Below, one piece after another: positions 41,299-57,656 of a stretch of 64,000 bases of DNA. The notes below the pieces were generated by a model that was not told the origin of the DNA, made no database searches, and was given only the letters and a program-made list of their open reading frames with translations. Within the stretch, counting starts at the first letter, position 1. Every line of letters begins with the position of its first letter. The stretch comes from Chrysomallon squamiferum. Its lineage: Eukaryota > Animalia > Mollusca. Location: contig CM022674.1 in NCBI GenBank assembly GCA_012295275.1, positions 2,914,001 to 2,978,000 on the forward strand. The letters run 5' to 3'. Position numbers and translations under genes: made by a program.

Positions 41299-42658
41299 CT
41301 GTATGTGTGTTAACTTTTGTGCGTTTGTGTTTAAGGCAATTTGGAATTTAGGCTTTTTCCAAGCTTCATCATGACTGATATTATTATTAAGAGCTTAGTA
41401 AGTATTTTTCTACTCACAAAAAAAAAAAAAAAAAAACCAACAAAACGTTTGTAAAAATTATTTTCTAATATACAGCAGTCAGAGTTAACTTCTTATCATC
41501 ATAAAAACACACACACACAAAACAACTACAAAACAAAAGTATATATATATATATATATCTGTGTGTGTGTGTGTGTGTGTGTGAGAACACACATGAACAT
41601 AAATAAATAAATAGATAAATAAATGACAGATAAATAGATAAATAAAAATCTAAATAAATAAATTAATAAATATATACAGACTGAAATACGCATTGATATT
41701 TTTCACTAAATTTTAAAATTAAATGTATTTCTTTTTGTTTTTTTTCATGCATCTTTAAACACGCATTCATTTACTGATTCACGTAATCCTATTAACTTTA
41801 TTACCGCATATCACTAACAGATTTACCTTTGATAATTTTAACACCATATCAAAGTTCCATTCTAATTCAGGTCGTCACAGGCTTACATTTCTCAAAGTTC
41901 CTGCTTGCCTGGGATTATGAGACTCGAACGCCGACAGAATACCAAACCGGAAACTGCCAGCTACCGACATGCGCACACAGAAGATTGTCAACTTGATGGC
42001 GGCGCGATCACAGATTTAGCAGCGTTTCTTCTTTTTTTTTTTCACAGTCGAGTCGAACTTAAGTCACCTAGAGGTATAATCATTACACAGCGCTAATTAA
42101 TTGTACACGTCCTTCCAAAAGCTCGGCGTGGCTGCGTCTTGAGGCTAAATAAATCTTGATTATTGCGAGAAGGAAAAGGTCTGACAGTTACACTTAACAA
42201 TAAAAAAACCAGTATTGTATCTAGACTCATTTGGTACTTTTATTTTTTATTTTATTTTTTTTTTTTTGTGTGTGGGTTGATGTACTCAAACGACAATAGC
42301 TTCCTAAGTGCTTAATTGAAATGGCGTTTCGTTGGTGAAGCGATTTGGTTAGAAGTCGAAGGGTTTCGGGTTCAAAGTCTGTCGGCTCCCGGTTTGGTTA
42401 TTAAACGAAGGAAGGAGGACAGGAACATTTTTTTTTCTGTTTAAACAACCTAATACAAGCGTATTTTAATTTAAGTTATGTCAGGTTATGTTTTGACAAG
42501 TGAAGGAAGAATTATTTATAGTCGGTCTGATTCCTGCATTGTGTCATCACTTTGCAAGAAAACATTACTAATGGCTTCGTAATCATTTACGTGATAAATT
42601 TTGAGATTTCGTAAACATTAATTTATTCCATCGTCTTCAAAATGTTTGACCGATACAG

Positions 42659-42790
<132 letters not shown>

Positions 42791-42873
42791 ACGAATAATT
42801 TCAACAAAATTACTACTACTACTTCTAATACTACTACCACTACTACTACTACTACTACTAATAATAATAATAA

Positions 42874-42917
<44 letters not shown>

Positions 42918-43552
42918 GGAAGAACAACTGATATTACGTCACTTCATGATGCCGGGACTGCAAGGTGATGTTTATTTAAATCATTGTAAAAATGAGGCAC
43001 CAAATGTATTTTAAGAATCTTTAGATTTGTGCACACTAATCAACAGCTGGCATTGTCCAATGACGTCAGCATGACGACGGAATGTTGACATTTTTTTTTT
43101 TTTATAAACGAAACCTTTTAGAATTTATAAGCTAAATATGCTTTAAGCGACTTTAAAATTGGAAAACCGTAATCAGTAGTTAAAACAATGTCAAATTTAG
43201 ATATTACGTCAAGCTATTGAAGAAGAAGAAGAAAAAAAAAAAAAGAGAACGGGTTAAAAAGCAAATTTTATTGCGCAAGTCAGTGAGTCAGCATTCAGGA
43301 CGATGTGTAAAGTTCTTGAACATAAAACAAGATTAGTTCTAAATCGATATCGGATTTCAATCAAATTTATACGAAGGAGGACACTATAAAGTCGAAACGA
43401 GCAAACCAGAACAGACATTTTACTCCGGTAAATGATTTAATCAAATTCAGTTAAGTGTTTTTAGAAAAGATATCTCTAACATAATTTTCTTGACTTGTCA
43501 CCCTTACTTTCATTCCTGTTACCTTTATTTCTTATCAGGCTTCACTTTTTTT

Positions 43553-43585
<33 letters not shown>

Positions 43586-44082
43586 CTAGCCCTATTTCCC
43601 TTCCTTTTCCTTTTTTTTTTTTTTTTTTTTTTCAGTTTTATTCATTTTATTTCATTCTGCTTATCTTCTTGAGATAAATAACTTCATGCAGCCGCTAAGG
43701 GTTACTCTCTCCATCTACATCAAGATTATATTTCACAAATACCATTCCATAAAGAGAAAAGAACACTTTAAATCCTCCGACACTCTACACGTGGGAACAC
43801 AATTTTAATGAGAAACAACGCAACGAGAGCAGACTGAAAAGTAAAATTCTGAGATTCATCGAAAATTACAATAGTGGTCTGTCATTATTCTTCTAATTGT
43901 TGTTATTATTATTATTATTATTATTATTGTTGTTGTTGTTGTTGTTATTATTATTGTTGTTGTTGTTGTTGTTGTTGTTGTTACATATAATGTTGCTGTT
44001 GATTTATATATGAACACACGAAGCTAGGCTAAGTGAATTGAATCTGGATAATGCTGTTAATGGAAGTGAAAAGAGGTGATGA

Positions 44083-44204
<122 letters not shown>

Positions 44205-45177
44205 TAAACGAACAAAACAAACAAAAACACATTTTCAGTTCCTTTTAATCCTTTTGTGTTGCTTTTCATGTTTTTATTTATTTATATAAATATTTTAAAT
44301 CTGTTTAAATAAGTTTTTAAATAAATAAATATATAAATAAATAAATAAATAAATAACTGAGAAATATAAAAGAAACACGAAGTAGATAAATTAATTAATA
44401 AATTTATTTTGAAAATAAAGACCGACACACACACACTTCTCAGCGTTCACTTAACATCCATCCATGCGATCATTATTTTCACATAAAACTACTCCGAAGA
44501 ATTTGTATTTTGTACCCTGTCACCTCATCAGCAACCGCAAACACAAAATGTCCATCTGGCTTCATCAAACACCATGTCACTGACCGCTTGACCCGTTCGT
44601 AAAATTACGGACAGCTCTCACCTCCATATTGTAAATTGCAAATGTCAGAAGCATGTATTTGTATTGATTCCTTCAAACGTTTAATTGAAGTTCGCCAGGG
44701 TATCATATCGCACAGTAGATGGTGTGGTAAATACAATTAGACGAATATGCCAAGAGTATTGCACTTGTATACACGACTGTGTGCTGATCCTTGTTTTCAG
44801 CAATAAATGTAGTTGTAGCTTGAAGCACAAAATTGTAAGTAGCTTGATAGATGCAAGACAGATGCATTTGTTCAATTTCCTTCTTTTTCGTTTATTTTTT
44901 TTCTTTTCTGTTTTTTTTTTTTTTTTTTTTTTTTGTTGTTTTTGTTTGATTGCTTGTTCGTTTCTGTTTAAATTATATTACTTTGTGTTTGTTTATTTTT
45001 ATTTCACTGTTTTCTTTCATGTTCTGTTAGTTTATTTTATACTGTTGCTACCCAATAACAACAACTAGTACTATTCTTACTAGTACTATACACTATTATT
45101 ACTACAGATAATAACTATTACTGTTACATTATTACTGCTAACACTAGTACTGCTATTATTACTACCACTCCACTATG

Positions 45178-45216
<39 letters not shown>

Positions 45217-45593
45217 GCTACTACTACTACTACCACAGCTATTACTGCCACTATTACTATTACTACTATTACTCCAACAGTACAACTGTTACTCCTAGCA
45301 CACTAATATTATTTATACTGCTGCTGTTGCTATAGTATTACAATCACTAAAACTATTACCACTATTACTCCGGCTTCTGCTTTTTCTGCTTTCACAAACT
45401 TGACTGTTTTGTTCATGACAATGTAAATAAGAATGTTAATAAATAAATAATAAACAAACAAACAAACAAACAAAGAGAAGAAAGAAAGAAAAAAAGAATG
45501 AAAGAAAGAAAGAAAGAAAGAATGAAAGAAAGAAAGAAAAAGATATAAAAAGTACAAAAATGAATCGAAAAAGGTAGATAAAAAAAAGAAAAA

Positions 45594-45624
<31 letters not shown>

Positions 45625-45721
45625 CCAAAGAACGATCGAAGAACAATAAAACAATAATAAAAAAAAAAAAAAAAAAACAACAACAACAACTAAACAATAA
45701 AAATTAGGTAAGAGAAGGACT

Positions 45722-46074
45722 GAAAAATTAATAAACGCAGTAATGGCTTTTAACACCATACATAACTTGCCTGTAGATACAGCATGTTTAGATGTATTTA
45801 TCTCTCCATCTATTGATTTATCTATCTATCTGTCCGTATGTCTGTGTGTATGTCTGTCTGTTTATTATTTATCTCTATCCCCAGCTATATAATCTGTCTG
45901 TCTGTGTGTCTGTCTGTCTATTATCTATCTATATATCTATCTACATGCCCATTATTATAAAGTCATATACGAAAACCTCAAATTATTCGCTCGTTTGTGC
46001 GTTATGTCTTCATGTAGGTATGTTTGTATGTATTTATGTAAATATATATCTGTGTGTATATCTATGTATTTGTT

Positions 46075-46125
<51 letters not shown>

Positions 46126-46386
46126 TGCACACACAAACAGATATATAATAATAATTATAATAATAATAATAATAATGAAGATGATAGTAATAATAACAAT
46201 GATAATAATAATAGAAAAAAAAACAACAAAAAAAACAACAACCAAAAACACCCAACAACTAAACAACAAAAATGACGGAGTAAAAAAAAAATAATAATAA
46301 AAAAATAAGATAGAAAAATTAATAAACGCGATAATGGTTTTTAACACGATCTATACGTTGCCTGTAGGTACAGCCTGTATAGATGA
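45722..46386. repeat. Pair of diverged ~70 bp direct repeats
   Basis: gaaaaattaataaacgc...ttgcctgtag(a/g)tacagc...tagatg occurs at ~45722-45794 and ~46313-46386. Confidence 0.7.
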
Positions 46387-47701
46387 ATTTTTGCCTTTCA
46401 TGACATTTACACAGACTTGTTATAACATCACTGCTTATCTCTAAAATCTCCACTGTAACATTTGGTGGTCTAGTTAGCTATTTCTGAATCATCACAAACA
46501 TGATTTTATCACAACGGAACGTAATGTTATAACTGTCACATTTGGCCTTATAATGTCTGGGTTTTATTATTTTTTTTTTTTTTCCTTTCATTCTTTTTTA
46601 TTTTTATTTATGTATTTATTTATTTAGCAACAATAACAACAACAACAACAGTAATAATAATAGTTATTATTTTATACTACTAATAATTTTTGTTATTGTT
46701 GCTAAATAAATAAATAAATAAATAAACGTTTTTATGTAAATATATATCTATGTATACACACACACACACACACAAATACACACATAGATGATAGATAGAT
46801 ATATTAATTATTATCTGTCATTGTATACTAAACTATCACCATCATGTCATTAACTTCGCCATTTAATTATCACCATCTACATCATCATCTCTTACATCAT
46901 CATCATCATGTTACAGATGCTCAAGCCTCTGGAAGAAGAAAAAAGTAAAAAAAAAAAAAAAAAATAACGAAGAACATCAATCTTCTATTCTTGTTTGCAA
47001 TAGTTTCATTCTCTTTGCTTTTAATCGTTTACTCAACTTGAGTGGTCTTTGAAAATCTAACAATCTTCTGAAACTGGTTTGCATCTGACAAGGGCGTATC
47101 AGGAAGGTGTCATCAACTTCCACTCGAGGTCAGAACGACCCATCGGCGATGACGTCGTAGACAGTCTGTTGTGAGCAGTGGGTATTTTGTTGTTGTAATC
47201 GTTGCTTTCTTGCTGTTTCACAAAATGAACGAGTTTTAGCGAATTTGTGGAATTTTGTTTCATTGATCGTACTTTCTGATTTTTTTTTTTTTTTTTTTTT
47301 TTTTTATTTTTTTTATTTTAATTTTTATTTTGTGGTTTAAATAGGTATGTTCATTACGTATATCTTTTCTTCTTCTTCTTTTTCATTTTTTTTTATTTTT
47401 TATATATATTTTTTTTATTTTTGGAGATTGGCGAATCAATATTTGATCGGTTGACTGATTCCGTTTAACGTTCGTCCGTTCGATTATATGTCGGTTAATT
47501 AGTTTTTTACTTGTTATTTAATTCCTTGATACATTTTTTTTTTCATTCAATTCATTTTAGTTTTCTTCGTGTTAAATTTCTTCACTTCTTCTCTAGTTTA
47601 ATTCATTCTTTCTTCCGTGTTTCATTCTTATTCATTCCTACATTTATTTTCTTATTGATGTTTTTTTTTTTCTGTTTAATTATTAATTAATTAATTAATT
47701 A

Positions 47702-47753
<52 letters not shown>

Positions 47754-50700
47754 TAATTAATTAATTAATTTATTTATTTATTTATTTAATTCCATCCGTC
47801 CAATCACTGATTCGTTCATTCGTTCTTTCATTCATTCACCCGTCCATCCATTCTCTCGTTTACTCTTCCATTCATCAACTCATTCACATCAATTTCGCAA
47901 TCCAGTCGTTCTTCCCGTTCACCCAGTGTTGTTTTTGCTTTTTTTATATATATATACACATCTATATATATCTTCAGAATTTCATTTCCTTTTTAATTAC
48001 ACAGACAGCATGTCACTTGAAGCACAGTGCACAAAACCAGACACTTTTATCCGCGTCTCCGAATGTCTTGGAACTCTTTAATTCCTCTAATTTACAGGAC
48101 ACCAACTGAAGGAACTCGAAACAGCGTCTACTAGTCACAGTTATTCCTGATCACGTAATGTTTAAAGAAAAAAAAAAAAAAAAAAAACCCAAAACCGTTA
48201 AGATTTGTGGTACGTCATTTTTTTTTTTTTTTTTTTTTTTTTTTAATCTCGGTATCTTTGTTTTGTCGCGTGGGAACAAATTGAAGTGCCAAAGCTCAGA
48301 TGTTAAACAGTTTGAAACTTTGCTAGATAACGTTGACGTTATACAAGAAAAAAAAAATCTCCGCGAAAACGAGACTGCGTGCAACGTTGAATGGCCGGCC
48401 ATTTTGGGGGTTTCCTATGGAGACGCTAATGAGAATAGTCACGTGGTGTTTTAATTTTAGATTTTGCGCCAACGCGCTAGCTGAAAATAAAATTTTAAAA
48501 TTTAAGAAAAAAAAAATCAGAAAGAAAAGAACTTCCTAAAAATTTAAAAAAATTAAAAAATTAAAATAATTAAGGTATAACGATGCAAAGAATGAAAGAA
48601 AAAATAAAGAAAGAAAGAAAAAAGAAAGAAACAAGAAAAAGCAAGAAAACAAGAAAAAAAAAAAAAAAAAAAGACGGAAGAACGGATGGAAGAAAGACAA
48701 ACAATAAAAAAGAAAAGAAAAAAAAAAGAAAGACTAATTTTTAAATCTATAATTTACAAATAATACCATGATTCGAACTGTTAATAATATTAACAAGAAT
48801 TACTCGAGTGTGTTCGTCGTGTTTCCATCCTGAATTAGCGAAAGAGTAACGAGCGCGTGGGAGTGTTTATTTTTAGTAACTGTGATTTGTTCACGCAATG
48901 CTAACTACGGTCGCTGATTTCAGCAGTAAATTCTACCCGAAAGAAAGAAACGAATCTCAAAATAATGAAGCAGACATTGAAATTTGTTTAACAGCATAAT
49001 TTCATGAGAGAAATCTTCAGTCATATCTGTACCATAATTTATGAATTTACTTGAGAGTTTTGTTCTAGCAGGTTTAGTCTGTAGGGATTTACTGTTGGTA
49101 ACTGTTACTATTGTTAACTGTATAAAACAAATGTCCGGTGACTCCTAACATGCAGTACTATTTGGCTGAACAACTGAGTTAAGACTAACAATTATTTTGT
49201 TACATGGATCTAACTTTATGTGGATCTAACTTTATTTTTAGCGTCACTGAATCATCGTAGAATTTATGGAGCTGGCAACAGACAATTTTGCTTTCAAACG
49301 AAAAAGTTCTGTACTTCATTAAACGATTATGAATACAAGCAATTATCTAAGCATTCGCGGCTGTAAGTAACCACGCAGTTCCTCCGTCAAAGATGTATTT
49401 AAGTTCACTTTGCCTGTGAGTCAGATTTCCGTCTACCTCAGACACTTTCGCTCAAGAGAGAAATCTTTTTGTAACGATTTATCTGGCATACGTACTGAGT
49501 AATTGCTGATCAGTAAGAACACAGTGCGGTTCTTAGGTCTCCTCTCTCATATTTCCAGTACAAACAAACAAAAAAAAATCATATAATTGACACTGCTCAG
49601 ACAAGCCTGTCCTGGACTCCAAGTTATTATGTCCTTTAGTGTAAGTCCATAAAAAAAAAAAAAAAAATAAATAATAATAATAATAAATAAAAAAAATAAA
49701 AACAAGGTTCAGTTAATAAAAGAAGGAGATATCTTGTTTATAATCCAACTGCAATTCTCTGCTCATTACCTCCGACAGACACGTCTGGAGCAATCACATT
49801 AGAAACTGGAATAAAATGCGAGGGATTTTGTCTTAATTTGTCCTTGTGTCGATCTGAAGTGACGGGGACGTAATCCCCAAACCAGATCTGGATTTGGTTG
49901 TTGACTCGAGCAACGGAAACGGGGATTACGGCAAAGTCTGAATATGGAACCGTTCTAAGAGGTGTGAATGCAGAACATTATATCGCCTACATACGCGCTA
50001 TTTAGGTTCTAAAGAAACGAACGTCATAATCAAATTAGCCAACAAACACACACACACACACACACATTCAGCAGGGTCAAAAAAGGAATAACAACTTATC
50101 TGTAAAGTAGAAGCTGGTTTCAAAAGGTTCTTACAATGTTTTGTCTGGATTAAAGATCATATCACTTGATGGCGTCAAAGTATTAGTCACGTCTAATAAA
50201 TAAATTATATCTTATTTTAAAGTTCAGATTCAGGTCCACGTGATGCACTAGTTTGATGCCCAGTGGTTCGCGGGATCTATCCCATTCAATGCACTCTCGT
50301 GGATACTTTCTGGTAGAGGTTTCCCAAAGCTCTGTCGTCAGACGTTGAGATATGTTTTGCTGTTTAAGGGATAGAGTGCAAAATATTCCTTATCGTTAAC
50401 TGATAAGAAAACATCAAAGTGTGATGACGTCAGCTGTTTTTGTTTTTGTTCTTTGTTTTTCTTATACTTTTATTACAAATGATAATTTATAATGACTAGT
50501 ACTGTTGTATGTTTGTCCCTGCATCTGTCAGTGTGTTTTTACCAACATCTTTCTGAATAAATCTTTTCATACTGTCGTCATTACGTCTCTTTTATAATTC
50601 TGTCTCGCTTTCTTCCTCTCCTCTCTCTTTTTCTGTCCATCTCTTTCTTTCTCTGAGCTATTTTTCTTTTTTTCCAATTTTGTTTTCTCTATTACCTCTT

Positions 50701-50765
50701 TTTTTCTCACATTAATAAGACATCACATACACAAACACTCACCCGCCGACATAAAATGAATGCAG

Positions 50766-50800
<35 letters not shown>

Positions 50801-52114
50801 AAGTGCTTTTCCAGAAGTTTGACACTAAAACGACAACCCTAAAAAAAAAAAAAAAAAAAAAAAATCATTAAGCCCACTGGTCTAACAACATCAGAATGCG
50901 GTCATTACTGAAATGGCGATTTTTCTCCTAAAAAGCCGATTTCACTGGCGAACTGTTAATGAAATCCGGTGTACCTGTGAAATCACATCAGATCATGTCA
51001 CCCAGTCATCTGTACTTAGCGAAGATGGTTTCTGGACAGCGAGCTGACGATATATCAGCGAATTTACTGGAATGAAGACATAATTCATTAACGTCTCGTG
51101 TTCCTCTTTTGGCGATTTTTTTTTTTTTTTCTTCCGTAAAAACTTCCGAGACAGCAAAACAAACGATTTTACTACAACTACAGAGATGTTTGCTAAGATG
51201 CGTCCTACTTTTGAATATGTGAAGCTTTTGCCTGTGGTTTCCAAAAATTCATGACATTTGGAGCGAACAGGCAAATGAATGAAGAAACGAATAATTAAGA
51301 AAGAGAGAACAAATATAATATTGACAGAAAATGTACTATAAAAAAACCCCCAACATAATATTAATTTTATTGGAAGTGAAGTATCTATTCTTAACTTCTT
51401 CTTCGGTACTTCTGTACAATGACAGTTAATAAAATATGATAGAAATAATAGTAGTAGAATTAGTCGTGGTAATAATAATAATAATAGTTGCTGTACCATT
51501 AATACTGTAGTCCAGTAGTAGTGGCATTAGTAGTAGTAGTAGTTGTAGTACTAGTAGTAGTAGTAGTAGTAACGTAGTACTAGATGTAGTATTAATAGTA
51601 GTAGCAGTAGAAAAGTAATCGCCGTAGTGCCAGCAGTAGACGTAGCAATACATTTTGGAGTAATAATCTTAATAATTTTTTAACATGAGACGTAATTACA
51701 GACGCATCAGTAATATTAATAATAACTACAGAAAAGGTTGTTCCACAATGGAAAACGAAACTGACTTGTTTTTCAGTCCGAAAACATTCTACTAATACAG
51801 TTATTCAGCGACATAACTGGACGAGAACGCGTTTCCTGTTTGCAAGGTAATGGCTGACAAACAACTAGGTCATTAACAGCGATCACGGAATTCACGAGAC
51901 TCACCGGAAGTGTCGTGACTGATTGTGTTTAAATCCCTCCACTCCGGTGCCTTCAAGCTCGTTTTTGCGGAGAGGCTAATCGCCGGCTTTAAACTCTACT
52001 GAATTTTACTAAATTTGGTTCAGATATAAAAATGTGCATAAATATGCATATATATGTACATACATATATACATACATACATGAATATATATGTATATAAA
52101 TATATATATGTATG

Positions 52115-52229
<115 letters not shown>

Positions 52230-52774
52230 AAAAACAATAAAAAAAAAAAAAATAACAATGACAGTTTCTGTATTTAGTTAAGCGCTAGGATAATTGAAGC
52301 TAATTTTTAATATCATTTTATTTTAATTTTATTTTTGTTGTTATTGCCGTTGCGTAGGTCTTTTCTTTTTTTCTTTTTCTTTTTTTTGTTATTTTTTATT
52401 CGTAATCTAAGAAATTGTGATGTTCACTTCCAGCGGCGATTTTTTTTTTTTTTTTTTTTTACTGATCAGCTATGACAAATATGACTGGTTCAATCACATT
52501 ATAAAGCGAACAGATTAAGGACTGCAGCGAAATACCAGATTCTGATAAATTGAACGAGACAAACAGATTTGAACACTGAGTTAAGAAACCGACTGCGTAT
52601 TCTGCAGGGAGCTTTACGTGATGTAACAACGCTGAAGAGGTTAAATGCATCTGAATGTACAAACACCCACACGTACACAATACGTAAGACCATCAAAATA
52701 AGTTAATGAATGAAAAAGGTAAATATGAATGAAAAACATAATTGTGTGTGTTGTTTTATAAATATATAGATGTT

Positions 52775-52825
<51 letters not shown>

Positions 52826-53155
52826 TTTGTATTTGTTGGCGCGCGTGTGTATGCGTTTGTGTAAGAGTATATGTTTTTTCCTGTATGTATAATGTATCGA
52901 TATGTATGTATCTATATGTCTGTCTGTCTATCTATCTATCTATCTATCTATGTGTCTGTCTATCTTTCTATCTATCTATCTATCTATCTATCTATGTACG
53001 TATGTACAGAATGAAAGATATTTGTACATATGTTTATATATCCAGATATACAGATATAAATGTGTGTGTGTGTGTGTGTGTATATGTATGTATATATATT
53101 CAGATATACATATACATCTGTACAAACATATCTTTACATATATACATACATACAG

Positions 53156-53202
<47 letters not shown>

Positions 53203-53927
53203 CAGACAAATACATAGATAGATAGGTAGGTAGATAGATGAATAAATAGAGAGATATCGATATATATATACATACAGAAAAAAACTACGTATACACTTTC
53301 ACGAACGCGTGCATGCGCGTGCACACACATACGACTCACGAATGTTATGCACATGTAGAAACTGTTCATGAAATGGCTATTGATGCTACTATATATATAT
53401 ATATAATATATATATATAAAATATATAAATATATATATATAAAGATTAATAATAAGAGAAAAGAATGGCAGAAAAAGAAAGAAAAAGAAGGAAAAATAAC
53501 AGGAAATATTAATCAAAGAAAAGAAAAGGAAGGAAAAACTAAAGATGGAAACAAAGAAAGTGAAAGAGGAGAAAATCAGAACGAAAAAAAAAAAGAAAAG
53601 AAAAAAAGAATTGACGGAAAAAGGAAAGCCAATGGAAATGGGAAATGAAATGATGTGTCTGATGGCGTTCATTTTCATGCACGCGCAATCCACTCGTGTC
53701 CGTTTATCCGAAAGTCTGTAATTGTCATTGAAATGTGCCATTTCCTTTCAAGTAATGTGATTGCACGCATTTCGTCATTTGCTCGGTACAAGAGATTAAT
53801 AGTGAAGAGGCAATTTCCAATGTCAGAGTAAACACCATTGATTGGAGATCAGAGTCACGTATGTCAGGCTACTTCTCAAAATTGGAACTATTACGTGTAG
53901 AGAATTAGTGAGATAGGGAGTGAGTTG

Positions 53928-54033
<106 letters not shown>

Positions 54034-54431
54034 GACAGAGCGACACAGAGAGAGATGGAGATAGAGACACAGAGAGAGACAGAAAGAGAGATAGAGAGTG
54101 AGCGAGAGATTGAGAACTGTTGTTGTTATTGTTATATGCACACAAAGAGACACCAAGATAAATAGATATTCGGATACACAGACTACAGACAGATAGACAG
54201 AGAGATACGTTAGTTGGAGAGATAGGCATATATGCAGATTGATACATAGACAGACAGACATACAGATAGAGAGATAGGTAAATAGAAAGATAGATATATA
54301 GATATCATTGTTTTCTTATTTAAGTCACAAATATCAGATTGGAAGCCAGTGACTCAAGTATGTACAGAAGTCATTGTCTTGTGAAGTACTTGTCGCCATA
54401 AGCTATTTCTTGCATTTAGAGTTGCCGTTAG

Positions 54432-54517
<86 letters not shown>

Positions 54518-55620
54518 GTCCATGTATTTGTATAACACGAAGTTTTTCCTTTCAGTGTCTAATGACTGTTTATTCCTAACATGTCTCTTTTATCTAAGTC
54601 TGCCTCTTACACACAACTGCACTGAGGAATACTCAGCACTTTAGTAAAACACTATCACTTAACAATACACAGACACACTGAAATACGTACATACACAAAC
54701 ATGATCACTTAACAGTATATATTTTTTTATAGATATATGTGCATGTGTGTGTGTGTGTGTGGCTATACATGCACTACCGTTTCCTCTTCCTTTTTCGCTC
54801 TTCACCACAAAATATCTAAAGCCTCTGTAACCTATTACAACATATCTGGAAGTAACTCGACATCACCAGTCGCCAACAGTCCATCAGGATTCAAATGCCA
54901 CGCTACTGTACTTCGTACGGCTACCTTTAATTACGTGGTTCTTTAATTGCGGTCAAGTAACATTATTCGCACTGTCTTCGGGCTTCGCAAGACACCGTTG
55001 GAATATTCGCCAGAGCCAATAATTGGCGTCTGTCGGCGTAGCCTCGTAATTTCAATGGCACTCCAATCTTGTCTGGTTTCGCCAGCTCACAAATCTGTTC
55101 ATTTGTTTAGCGAGTCCGTCACAGCGCCTTCAGATAGCGACCTTCTCCAGACTCGAACTGAAGGACCTGGAAACGAGCACCGAGCTAAAGAGTGAGGTCT
55201 GAAGACGTACTTCAAGTCGAAGTCTGCAATTAATCAGCCGTTTTCAAGTGTTTGTGCCTTGCCTCCGTGTAGTTGTTTTTTTTATCAACTTTTTTTAATC
55301 TTTCTCTGATGTTTTTGCAGTGGTTGTTGACATTATATATTCTGATGTTTCTTACCAAAGAAAATATACTTTTTTTTTTTTTAATTTCCTCTTCATTTTT
55401 TTTTTTAGAAAAAAGAAGAAAAAAAAGTAATAATAAATAAATAAATAAATAAATAAAGTTTTCTTCGTCTATTTACTGTTTGATGTTTATTCTTCCTTGT
55501 GTTCATAAAAGTTGTGCCCTAGGCTTGAGGTTTATAAGCATTTTTAAAGTACATACATACATACATACACACACAGACACACAGACACATACACACATAA
55601 ATACATACATACAAACACAC

Positions 55621-55653
<33 letters not shown>

Positions 55654-55734
55654 CACATACATAAATACGATGCTAAAACGTTTCGATATTTATTGTTTAG
55701 TATTAATTTATAATACTACTACTACTACTACTAC

Positions 55735-55766
<32 letters not shown>

Positions 55767-57016
55767 AAATAATAATAATAACAAGACGAACAACAACAAG
55801 AAGAGATTGAAGAAAAAAGTAGGTAATAAGTATAATCATTAATGGTACTAAACAAGGTATAACGAGTTGGATTATGACTTGCAAAGTGCAAAAACCCGTG
55901 AGTATTGTAATAAAAACGAAATGACTACATCCACCGTTATTACACCCGCCTCTGTTTTCCCATTTCCAAGAAAAATTATCTCGGACGACAAACAGCAAAC
56001 GAAATAACGACGACGATACGTTTATGTCGGAAACAGGTTGATTTAATGTCGTTTTCGACGGACTTATTACCTACGAGACAAAGACTGCGCCCTGGGTGCG
56101 TACGTCATTGCACGAGCGCTAATGAAAAACTAAAATTAATCTCTTGTTTAAAGAAACTTTTGTGTGATTAACCATTAAACTGTTGGGAAGCACGAGAACA
56201 AAAAAAAAAGAAGAAAAAATTCGTGTCAGTGGGTCAGTGCTCCTGCAGGAAGTGACGTGGCAGTAAACGAAAGCGACGTGGGGTCGCGTGCAATATCCCA
56301 CCAAATTGACGCTTGAAAGAAATAAACTCGTAGAAACATAGTGACGATTTGTCGATCTTTGATTCTGAATATAGATTACGTCAAAGCGTGGTTAGTCTTC
56401 AGTAAAATGCACTGTGAACTTTGACACGATGCAACATGGCTTTGACATGACGTCATGGTACATACGGGCGTTTCGAAACTCATTCGGTGCGTGTGTTTTT
56501 TTTTTCTTTTTTTTTCATCATACAATGAAAAAAAAAATATAATAAAAATAAAAAATACATTTCTGATTTAAAAAATAATAATAAGTCGAAAATACAGTAA
56601 TAAACTTAAAAAATAAATTAAAAAATTAACAATAAAAATCCTTTTTACTTTTCTTAACACCAAAACGTGTCAATTATTGGTCATCATTGTTTAATAGGGG
56701 AACAAATTTAAATAAAGCTGATAAAATAAGTAATGCGTTTTAATAAACATATTGTATACTTTATATAGACTATGATTTAAAAGAGAGAGAGAGAAAAAAA
56801 TCTTTACATGTATTTAATATTTATCTTGATCCAAAGGATTCAGATACTTGGAAACGAAATAAAACGCAATTTGGTCTTTGACGAAACATCTAATGTCAGA
56901 TCTGTGAGGTTGTCATAAATCAATACAAATTTAAAATCTGATTTCTGCTCTGAATTCTTTATGACAGAAGAGAGATCGTAAGTCAGCAGTTAATCACAGA
57001 ATGCTTCAGATTCGCT

Positions 57017-57059
<43 letters not shown>

Positions 57060-57301
57060 AAAGAATTAAAAAACAAGATCCTGGCTTTGATTGAAACTAA
57101 AGGTGCCAACAAAAATGTTGCGAAGTGGATCCCGCAGATGGTACGACTGGTCTTGCCTCGTGGATAGAAGGATTATTTCGTTACAGACCGAGCTTGGCTG
57201 TTTTCATTTCTGTCTGTGGTTTGTTTGTTGCCTATAATAATGCGTCATTTATTAGTGTGTTGGTGTAAGAAACTTCGTTATCGTTAGACTACACTCGCAC
57301 A

Positions 57302-57507
<206 letters not shown>

Positions 57508-57508
57508 T

Positions 57509-57636
<128 letters not shown>

Positions 57637-57656
57637 TATATATACATACATACATA

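Noticed and set aside
54737-55195. CpG-rich block with 69-aa and 82-aa ORFs
   Set aside because: No family similarity that I recognise and no convincing splice boundaries.
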